A stretch of DNA of 27,857 bases, from NCBI GenBank assembly GCA_001179505.1, contig CDMY01000715.1:1-27857 (forward strand), written 5' to 3'. The DNA is from Vitrella brassicaformis CCMP3155 (taxonomy: Eukaryota > Protista > Chromerida). The notes below the pieces were generated by a model, which had not been told where the DNA came from, searched no databases, and saw only the letters and a list, made by a program, of their open reading frames with translations. Positions 8,780 through 18,327 of this stretch are shown one piece after another (the first letter of the stretch is position 1; every line of letters starts with the position of its first letter). The position numbers and the translations under genes were made by a program.

Positions 8780-11700
8780 TCACCGTCTGATTCCACTCAA
8801 GGAGCGCTGAAGGGTCGCAGACAGACAGACAGACAGACAGACAGTGGTGCCGATTTGCCTTTCCTCCCGTTCTTAATCTCTGTCCTCACCGCTGGTCCGG
8901 GTGGTCCGATTCCGTCGACCCACGGCTTGCCGCTGCAGGGCCTGGCGTTGGGTGGGGAGCCAGGCAGCTTCCTCTCCTCGGCAGCACCGGGGGCCCCAGC
9001 TGCAGTCACGCATTCATTCATGTGCACCGTGTATGTGTGTTTCTGTGTCTGGTCTGCCCTCTCAGTCACGCACTTGGAGGATGTGGCTTCTGTCGTGGAA
9101 TGGGCTTGACCTTCTCCTTGACCTCCTCCTCCTTCTTTGGTGGGTGTGTCGGGTGTTCTTCTGCTGTTTCTTCCTCGCTCACTGGTTGTATCATTTCTTC
9201 CTCTTCTTCTGCTGCCACTTCGCCTTCTCCTGGCCCAGAGACATACAAAAAAGCCGGTCACTTCGTTCATCCATTCATCTGCTGTTCACTCTCTCACCTT
9301 TGCTGAGTCCTGGTATGTACTCCTCATCTTCCCATTTAGCTTTCCTTCTCTCTTCAGCTCTTGTCACGCCGGGCTCGGGCTCGTGAGCGCCTGTGTATCA
9401 TTCGTCCACGCAGCCATGGAGACACACACAGGGAGACACACACCACGCCTGTCTGCCTGCACGGTTGGCCATGCGCAATTCACTGAATGGCGTGATACTC
9501 TGCTCACCTGGTTCTTCCATAGCTGGTCCAGCCCCCTCGTCGCTGACTTGTCCATTGAGCCTCTCATCTGAGCAGGTGTGGAGAGAAACAAACCATGCCT
9601 GTGGCCTGGCAGGCGCAAGACAATGCGCTGTGCGTTGCTTACCCTCTAGTTTCTCGCGTGTACTTTCGTCAGTCTCAGTCACTGTCTGATCCACATCTGA
9701 CAGATGTTGAGACAAACAAAGCATGCCTGTGGCCTGGCAGGCGCGAGGCAGGGCAATGCGCTGTGCGTTGCGTACCCTCTGAAATGGCTGTCTGACCCAC
9801 ATCTGATGTACCTGACTCCTCTGCGCGGATGGAGACAAAACGAGACATACAATGTCGTCATACGTATGCATGTCTTACTTGCTGCGTGTTTCCTATCTTC
9901 TTCTGCTACTCCCAGCTCGGTCGTGTCTCCTTTTTCTTCCTGGCTCAATTCTTCTCCTGTTTCTTCGGGCTTTGTCTTTCTTTCTTCTGCCACCTCTTCC
10001 ACGGTCGATCCTTTATCTTCTTCTTTTTGTGTGACTTCAGACCTGCTTATCCCTTCCTCCTCTTCCTCGGTGTCTTCTTCTTCTGTTGCCACTTCAGGCT
10101 CGTTCGTTTGTCTTTCTGCTACTTCTTCCTGGGTCGATTCTCTATCTTCTCCTATTACTTCGGACCCGTTCACCGCTCGTATCACATTTTTATCAATCGC
10201 TGCTTCTTCTTCTTCTTCTTCTTGTTCTTCTCCTCCTCCTTCTCCCGTTGTTACTTGAGCTACTTCATGCTCGCTCATTCCTTCTGTCACCTCTTCTTCG
10301 ATCGGTTCATTTCCTTCTTGGGTTATTTTTTCTTCTGCCGGTTCCCCCTCGCTCACTTCCGCCTGCGATTCTTCGAGTTTTTTTGTCTCTGCTTCCGGCT
10401 TGACTGCTGATGGGACACACAGGCACGCACGTAGAAAAGACGGGAACAAAATGGGACCCTGCATGAGGGCGTGTGTTGTTGTCTGTTGCACGGTACCCCC
10501 CTCCGAAGATAAGCTTGGTTCTTCGGCTTTTCCTGGCTCTTCTGTCACACAGAGAGACATACAGAAAAGGTGCTGGCCCGGGCTTGACCTCCTTTTTCTT
10601 CGGCGGGTGTTCTTCTCGTCCGGTTTCTCCCCCGCTAACTTCTTCCGTGGTTGAGCTGCCCACCACAGCAGGCTGCTCACCTGTTTCCAATGTGCCTCGT
10701 TCTGTTCCAGAGACGCCTTGATCGCCTTGATCTGTTCCAGAGACGCCACAGAGAGACAGACAGAAAAGGCGGTCACTTCATTCATCCATTCATCTGCTGT
10801 TCACTCTCTCACCTTTCCTGGATCGTGGTATGTACTCCTCATCTTTCCATTCAGCTTTCCTTGTCTCTTCAGCGCTCGTCACGCCGGGCTCGGGCTGGTA
10901 AGCGCCTGTGTATCATTCGTCCACGCAGCCATGGAGACACACACCAGTCTGTCTGTGTCTGCAGAGTTGGCCTGTGCACGTCACTGAGTGTTGTGATATT
11001 CTGGTCACGTAGTTCTTCCATGACTGATCCGGTTTCACCGGTGACCTCTTCGCTTGTCTTCCCACGGTCTGGACAGATGTGGACACAAGACAAGACAAGA
11101 CACGACATGACCAGTAATGAATGGTACACTGTGCTCGCTGAAAGTGTCACCGCTGAGGCTCTCTTTTCGTTGTGTCTCACTCTCCGTTTCTGGGCGTTCC
11201 TGGACGCTTTCTTTGTCAACCGATTCAACTGCAGATTCCCCGCTGACAGCTTCCTCGCCCATCTTCTTCGCTGCGCAGATGGAAGGCAAGACATGCAGGA
11301 AGAAGAGTGCACTGTCGTTTGTCGTACCTGCTCCTGCAGGACGGGGAAATTTTGGTGGTCGACGACCCTCTGTTCTTTCCAGTGGTTTTTCTCTTTCTTC
11401 CGCCTCCGTCTCATCTTCCGACGCCCCGTTGGCGAGCGGTGCAGGCTCATGGCCCTCTGTTCTCGTTAGTATGTTTTCTCCTCCCGCTGCCTCTTCTCCT
11501 GATTCCAGCTCTGTTTCTCTTCCGCTCCCGGATAGGGTTAAGTCATCTTCTGGACCGTCCTCGAGAGAGCTCTCTCCCCCGGACGGGAGGCCATGTGCTG
11601 GTCCATGGCCCTCTGTTGGCTCTACATCTTTTTCTTCTTCTTCCCCCTTATGGATAGGAATCCATTCTCCTCCTTCGAGTTTGCCGCCTGCGAGCGGCAG

Positions 11701-13873
11701 AGACGTGAAGGCAAGACAATAAAGGTTCGTGGCACAAGAGAGACAGTGTGGTGTGTGTATAAGTGGACATGTGTGGATATCTGTCGTACGTGTTTCTTCT
11801 TCTGCAGTGCTCGCGGTGTCCTCCCCAGACGTTTGGCTCTCTGACGGGATATTAACCCCAGGTACTTCGCCCTCTGAAGTACTGTCTCCATGTGCTGGGA
11901 CACGCAGACGCGGATGATTGTTCTTTGAATGCGTGTGTGTGTGTGTGTTTCAGCATTCATGCTGCTGCCTTCCTGGCTGATTAAGTCTTGCCCACTTGGC
12001 AGATGGCCCGTCGTCTTCTGCAGCGCGGCCTCTGTCTCCCAAGATGGCCGATGCCCCGTCGTCTTGTTCAAATCGGCTTCTGGCTTCTTGGATGGCCCAA
12101 GTCCTGTGACTTGTTCTTTCTCGGAGGGGACGCCATGCCCTCTTGTCTCTTGCAGCTCTTTTTCTGTCTCTCCCGCCTCCGTCTCTTCTCCCGATGTCAC
12201 GGTGGCGAGCGGTGCAGGCTTATGGCCCTCTGTTCTCGTTAGTACGTTTTCTCTAGCCACCGCCTCTTCTTCTGATTCCAGCACTTTTTCTCCCTCGCTC
12301 TCCGACAGGGTAAGGCCATGTTCTGAGACGTCTTCTGGTGCGCTCTCTCTGTCGGACTGGAAGCCATGTGCTGGCGCATGACCCTGTGTTCCTTCTACAT
12401 CCTTTTCTCCTCCGCCCCCCCTCTTGTCGATAGGAATCCGTTCTCCTTCCTCCAGGTTGCCGCCTGCAGGGGACGGAGACGTGAAGGGAAGACAATAAAT
12501 GTTCGTGGCACAAGAGAGCAGTGCGGTGCGCATATAGGCAAGCGTGTCACGTGTGTGAATGTCTGTCGTACGTGCGTTCTCTTCCGTGTTCCCGATGTCT
12601 TCCCCAGATATTTCTTGCTCTGAAGGGATGCCCTCTTCAGGTATTTCCCTCCCTGAAGTACTCTCTGCCCGCGGTGAGACACGCAGGCAGACACGCATGA
12701 GGTGTGCTCTGCATGTGTGTGCGTGTCTCTCAGTGTTCATACTGCTGCCTTCCTGGCTGATTGTATCCCGCCCACCTGGCAGATGGCCCGTCGTCTTCTG
12801 CAGTTCGGCCTCTATCTCCCAAGATGGCCGATGCCCCGTCGTGTTCTTCAAATCGGCTTCTGTCTTCCCGCCCAGGCCAGGTCCTGAGACGTCTTCCAGC
12901 TTTTTGTCGCCCTTGCCACGGACCAACCCAAGGTTGGCGATTAGGGCGTGTCCGGGGTCTGCCGGTACACGTACAAGCTATGGTGTTGCGTCAGCTGGCT
13001 GATTTCTGCCCTTCCCACCAAGCTTGAATATCTCTTCCAGCGGTTTTTTGACCTCGGACTCGTCTGAGCGAACGGACTCCTCTTCGGCTGACAGAAACAC
13101 ATTCATAGTGTATGACGCACCCACCGAGCGTGACGCTTTCTTCTTTGCTGTGTGCACCTGACAAAGGCCCTTCAGCTTGGGAGGAGGCTTTGCCGGCGGC
13201 GTCGTGGGGCATGGTGTACTCGGGAGCTGCAGACAGAGGGAGCCACAGACGTGATGCATGAGCTGCAGAGCTCATACTACCTTCTCCCTGAGACTCGTTC
13301 TGTGTATTCATGTCTTCGTCCATCGAGTATCGGATTCCACTGTCTCCCTGTTGTGACTGGCCGCTCTCCCCGGCATGCTGATCAGCTCCCGGTCCATCGC
13401 CATCTCTGTGCCCGTGCAGCTCTGGACAGCCATCCATTCATACACAGATGCATGTGCCAGCAGAACAGGCGCAGCAGCATCCATTCATCCGATTGCATAC
13501 GGGCGAATCTGCTGTGTCCAGCGGAGGGACGATCCATCGAACGCCCCTTCAGATGACTGTGACCATGCTTGTGTGCAACATGTCTGTGCCGACGAGCCGC
13601 GTGCTCGACAAGGGCGGCGGGAGGTGCAGCGGGAGCCACTTTGCTGGTCCTCTTGTGATGCTGACGTCTTGCAGCATGGTGGTGGTGTTGTGGCATCGTT
13701 GCGTTGACCGGCAGGGCAAGTGGTAGGGACGGGTGGCGAAGATTGAGGGGAGAGGGGGGCGCTGCAAAGCGCCTTCGTGTCAGAAAAGAGCCCGCATGGG
13801 AAGGATTGTCTGGCGGCGTGCGAAAGAGAGAGGCGGCGGCATGAGTTGCCAGTGAGAGCAGGACAATCACCAT
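8780..13873 (-). CDS. Gene B: large secreted His/Arg-rich + Glu-rich repetitive protein, 22 exons, ~1130 aa; complement(join(8780..8806,8890..8999,9074..9229,9298..9390,9508..9567,9643..9696,9776..9820,9879..10406,10497..10541,10681..10731,10813..10905,10985..11068,11130..11270,11328..11687,11790..11894,11969..12463,12572..12664,12749..12958,13019..13087,13158..13226,13281..13421,13501..13873))
   Basis: Signal peptide MVIVLLSLATHAAA. The acidic ORF pieces in the six-frame track join into one open frame when the T/G/C-rich intervening segments are removed as introns (20 phase 1, last phase 0). Some donors have in-frame alternatives (exon 5: 12743/12749/12776; exon 7: 11969/11996). Confidence 0.7.
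9255..10944 (-). repeat. Dispersed internal duplication in gene B: 9255-9429 ~ 10770-10944 (offset 1515)
   Basis: Both copies hold a 93-nt exon (GAHEPEPGVTRAEERRKAKWEDEEYIP / GAYQPEPGVTSAEETRKAEWKDEEYIP) plus near-identical flanking intron DNA. Confidence 0.9.
9568..9775 (-). repeat. Two paralogous neighbouring introns in gene B (9568-9642 and 9697-9775)
   Basis: Shared CAACGCACAGCGCATTG...GCGCCTGCCAGGCCACAGGCATG core (minus strand), about 130-bp period. Confidence 0.9.
11431..12890 (-). repeat. ~775-780-bp tandem duplication in gene B: 11431-12110 ~ 12204-12890
   Basis: Anchors: AGATGGCCCGTCGTCTTCTGCAG at 12001 and 12781; GGCGAGCGGTGCAGGCT at 11431 and 12204; paralogous introns 11688-11789 and 12464-12571. 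Confidence 0.9.
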
Positions 13874-14274
13874 GGCCCCTCTGCAATGGGATGGGTTCAC
13901 GCAGGAAGCATAAAGGTCTCGCCCAAGGGACGGCAGGGGTGGAATAGGGATGGCTTGTGGGATAAGGGGGATGAAGGCTGGGAAAGTCGGACAAAATGTA
14001 AGACGGCAGAGACCTGGGGGCCGCCCCCAGGTCGCATGAGTTTACCAATCCCAGCGAAGCTCCCGGGAACAAGCACTTTATCAAGACACCATGAACGACA
14101 CGATGCACATGAGAAGATACTGGTACGTAATCAAGAAGACCGTGCCCAATTCACGATGAAATGTATCATCTGTTGACCCGCCCCGCCCATAGGTACTCTC
14201 CATTGAATCAGCCCGCCCAGCCCCAGCAGCCCACGGCTCCCACCCTCCCGCCCTCTCTCTCCCCTGACACATCC
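13874..14274. promoter_or_regulatory. Putative 401-bp bidirectional promoter between gene B (-) and gene C (+)
   Basis: Divergent ATGs at 13873 and 14275; CCAAT-like and GC-box-like (CCGCCCCGCCC) motifs; conserved in the duplicate at 8060-8422. Confidence 0.6.
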
Positions 14275-17200
14275 ATGGCCAGCCCACACCCCGCTGCAAC
14301 GGGCCGCCCCAGCGCTGCTCGTCTTCCCTCTCCCGAGCTCCGCGTCACTGCGGCTGATCCAGAGGCGCCGCCACGGCCAGTGTCCAGGAGCCGGTCGGCC
14401 AAGAGCTCACACAGCAGCCTCCACGGGCGCGCCAAGACCCGCCACACGAGGTCGCGTGATAGTGTCGGATTCCCCTGCTCCCAGCTGGCAGGCGGCTGTG
14501 CAGGGGAGAAGAGCACGGTCCTTGTGCTGGGCACAGTGTTCGTCGTGACGGTGGTGCTCATCCAGCTGTATAGCCTCTATGTGTCCGCTGTGCGGTACCG
14601 CCGCGGCAAGGGGGCTGAGCTGCACACGATTGTGGTGGACGCGACGCAAACACGGCAGAATGTGTCTTTGGGAGGGATGCTCATCGACCTCAACACGCTC
14701 AAGGACGTCAACACCCACCACAGGCCCGCGCACAGGTCGTTTTGGGGCGCCTTTGGCGGGGAGAAAGGGGCGGAGGAGAGGGATGGGGAGGCCATTCATA
14801 TGCTGTCGGTGAATTCGACTGTTGAGGCATTGCACATGGACATGATTCGGGTGCGCGTATCGCCGTCGGCGCTTGAGAGGGTCTCTGAGGCGCCTGTCGA
14901 TGCATCGGGTACACATGCACGCAACCGGGCCATTCATCCCATTGCATTTGTGTGGTGTGGTCGTATAGATGCCGAGATGGATGCCTTCGTCGCCAGGTTG
15001 TATCGAGAGGTAGGTGGCTTGTGACGGATAAGGCAGCAGCACCCGTCAGGCCCACAAATCACCGTGTCCTTTGTTGTCCGCCCATCATTCAGAGCCCCGA
15101 GCTCGATGCTCTCTTGGCTGTTGGCCGCGCATTCATCAAAGAGTGAGGAAGATGGTCACACACGCACCCATCCATGGGCCACTTCCCTGTCTCTTTCTCA
15201 CGGTAGGCGCCCCCTGTCGTCGTCCGAGAAGCCCACCCACGGCAAAGCCAGAAATGAGACCCATCTCACCAACCTGACCTCTATCACCGGCAGCAGCAGC
15301 AGCAGCAGCAGCAACAGCACACAGGACGATCTGCCAGTCTCGTCACCCCCACCTCCCCTATACAAGCGTCAAGTGCTCGGCGTGCTGATCAACGCCATCC
15401 CGCGCAACTACATCCACCTGGCGGCGGGCTTCACCCTCGGCGACCCACTGCCGCCCCAGTGCGGGGTGGACCCTTACCTGCACAAGTAAACCACCCCTCT
15501 CCCTCCCTCTCCCCCAACTCCCCTCCCCCCTCTGCCCCCATACCTGTCTGTGTGTTGCCAGTGGCACAGCGAAGTGGCAGTTCCTAGACACGAGCCTCTT
15601 CCAGCACTCGGCCTTCTCATTTCAGCCACGCCCCGGTGCGTCGGTTGCGCTGTCTTCCGGTGAGGGCCGGAGCGACGAGGTGCGTGCACAGGCGGACAGG
15701 ATGCGGCCGTCGTGGTACCCCTGGCTGGGAGGAGGGCCGGTGCCCGATGAGCAGGGGAGGAGAAATGCGCTGCTCAAGTGCCTCAAAAGAGATGTATGTC
15801 CCTGTAGAAAGAGAGGAGCCATGTGTCTGCCACGCACATCGGGGGTTCTGTGATCCTTTTTGCAGGCGATTCCTGATTTGTCGAAGCTGTATGTGTCGCT
15901 GCTCAAGTATCTGAGAGACAGAGGTCACAACACACATAACACCCACACAAACACGGGAGCACCCTCTCTCTGTGTCCACAGGTTTCCCGATAGAGAGCGT
16001 GGAGGTGGCGTACAAGCCCGACCTGTGGTCGCTGCACATCCCGCCCGCCTCCCTGGCACTCTTGCTCAAACACATCGCACTGCAGCTCTACGACAGACGG
16101 CTCGACCGGGTCAAACTATATGGTATGTGGAGACGCCCATGTCTCTCTCTCTTTCTACCTGTGTGTGCGGCTGTGATGTGGTAAGGTCCTGGCACCAGCC
16201 TCTTGAACCACTCTGCGCCGTATTTCGCGGCCCTGCAGGCTGACGAGTCCGCATATAACACCCTGGCAGGCTGGTACGGAGACGAACACAACAACACACT
16301 GAGCATAAGACAATGCCCTCGTCTGCTGACAGGTCGGTGCAGGCATGGGATGACGTCCTGGCCGCCCCCTACACCCTGGCTCGCCTCCAGGCACACACCA
16401 ACGCACACACAGACAGCAGCGACAAACACCCGGCCAGCATCGGCAGCAGCAGACACGGCAGCAATGGGTCCGGGCTGGAGGGTCTCTGGCGATGGGCGAC
16501 GGAAAAGGGCAGGCGGCTGCTGCTCAGAAGAGGACACAATGGCAGTCACGGCGCATCAACGACATCTGTGTCCCACGACTGGGTGACGACTTTCGACAGC
16601 AGCGTGTTTCTGCGTCAGCAGCTGGCGGCCTTCCACCAGCACCTGATGGCTCTGAAGGTGCCTCTCAAGACATCTGCACACCAACCCTTCGCGGCTGCAC
16701 GTTTGTATGCCCACGCGCATGGGACAAAAGAGGAACACACCGACAAGGAGAAGGAGAAGGAGAAACGGTGAGGGAAAGAGAGAGGCGAGTACACACACAC
16801 AGACACCCAGAGAGAGAGGGACAGGGGGTGGTGCACATGGGTTGCCGGATGTGTGTGTGGTCAGTCGTCACCCCTTGCCCCTGTATGTTAGCGAGTTTGG
16901 TGTGGGCACCACCTACCTCGGCGGCAGGAAGTTCCAGCACACGCCCGCAGACTGCTACACTACACCACACAGGTGACACCCACACCCACACCCACACCCA
17001 CACCCACACAGGAAAGCCTTTCTCCTGATGCATCAACCATGTCTCGCTGCATGCAGCCCAACAGAGCACGCGAGTGTGACGTCCTCAAGCAGATATTACG
17101 GCGTCATGCTCACGGCATACCTACTCACATTCGTCAACTACGGTCGACCAATGAGGCAGACAGGCAGACAGCAAAGCAGAAGAAGACAAACCGATGCCTG

Positions 17201-17979
17201 TCTGTCTCCCTGTGTGTCTGCAGGTGCGTCGGCGGGTCTGTACTGGACGCTCAACGACTCGCCGGCCTTCTTGTCGTGCTGGGGCCTCATCGACCGCGCC
17301 GGCAACCATTCCATCCCTTACCAGGCCCTGCACAAGTGAGGCAGAGACAGGGAAAGAGCCCGCCCCCTCTGTGCCACAAAACAGGTTGGGGTGCGTGTGG
17401 GTGTCTCTGGATGTGCGCAGCGTGTTGGGCCGTGTTCCCCCGTTTGCCATGGCCCTCTCTCTCGAGCACGTCAGCCCTCCGACCATGGCCAGACGGAGAA
17501 TTCACCACCTGAGGAAACACACCGCGACCACGGCCACCACCAATGACACCCATACCGAACGGAGAATTCACCACACCAGCATGCACCACACTGGGGGGGC
17601 CTTGTTCAGCAGGCCAGCTGCAGACATACACGACGGCCTCAGCATCGTCGCACTCCTCTCACAGACGGTAATCCCCACCACCACCACCACAAACCCCACA
17701 TAGATGTGTGTCTCTGTCCCTTTGCGTGTGTGTGTGCAGAAGGACAAGATGGTCATCGCCGCAGCCAACACCGGCCCCACCCCAGCCGTCCGGCGCGTCT
17801 ACCTCCAAGGCCTTGCAGCCGTGTCAGGTGTGGTGGGTCAGATGCAGCGGTCGGCCTACCCCCACCAAGACAGCTGCACGGCCAGGAGCCCGTCGCTCGA
17901 CTGGGGCCAGATCAGCATTACGCTATCGGTGGACCCACACTCTGTGTGCGCGGTGGAGCTTAAAACACGTGTCAAGGAG
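14275..17979 (+). CDS. Gene C: type II membrane-anchored glycoside hydrolase-like protein (clan GH-A barrel + C-terminal beta-sandwich), >=14 exons, >=906 aa, 3' end lost in the gap; join(14275..14908,14969..15009,15093..15142,15207..15485,15562..15679,15866..15923,15982..16122,16186..16273,16333..16767,16865..16972,17012..17142,17224..17335,17385..17667,17740..>17979)
   Basis: One N-proximal TM (VLVLGTVFVVTVVLIQLYSLYVSAV) and a phase-consistent GT-AG exon chain. Motifs: PLPLYVSEFG (nucleophile-like), YGASAGLYWTLND...WGLIDRAGNHSIPYQALH (beta-8 end typical of clan A), and KMVIAAANT...ITLSVDPHSVCAVEL (GH30/39/51/79-style sandwich). Family not assignable by eye. Confidence 0.7.
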
Positions 17980-18027
17980 GTGCCCACACGGCACCGGGAG
18001 GGGGGCAGCAGAGAGCCGAGGGGGGGG

Positions 18028-18327
18028 NNNNNNNNNNNNNNNNNNNNNNNNNNNNNNNNNNNNNNNNNNNNNNNNNNNNNNNNNNNNNNNNNNNNNNNNN
18101 NNNNNNNNNNNNNNNNNNNNNNNNNNNNNNNNNNNNNNNNNNNNNNNNNNNNNNNNNNNNNNNNNNNNNNNNNNNNNNNNNNNNNNNNNNNNNNNNNNNN
18201 NNNNNNNNNNNNNNNNNNNNNNNNNNNNNNNNNNNNNNNNNNNNNNNNNNNNNNNNNNNNNNNNNNNNNNNNNNNNNNNNNNNNNNNNNNNNNNNNNNNN
18301 NNNNNNNNNNNNNNNNNNNNNNNNNNN
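18028..18327. other. Assembly gap (300 N) flanked by G-runs
   Basis: Directly visible; hides the end of gene C. Confidence 0.99.

Noticed and set aside
9679-12926. Long single ORFs 9679..10785 and 11622..12926 taken as complete genes
   Set aside because: They lack a proper start and signal peptide and read through Cys/Val/His-rich intron sequence; better explained as parts of spliced gene B.
17493-17574. 16-nt direct repeat ACGGAGAATTCACCAC (RRIHH twice) in gene C
   Set aside because: A small in-frame coding duplication in a low-complexity insert, not a mobile-element footprint.
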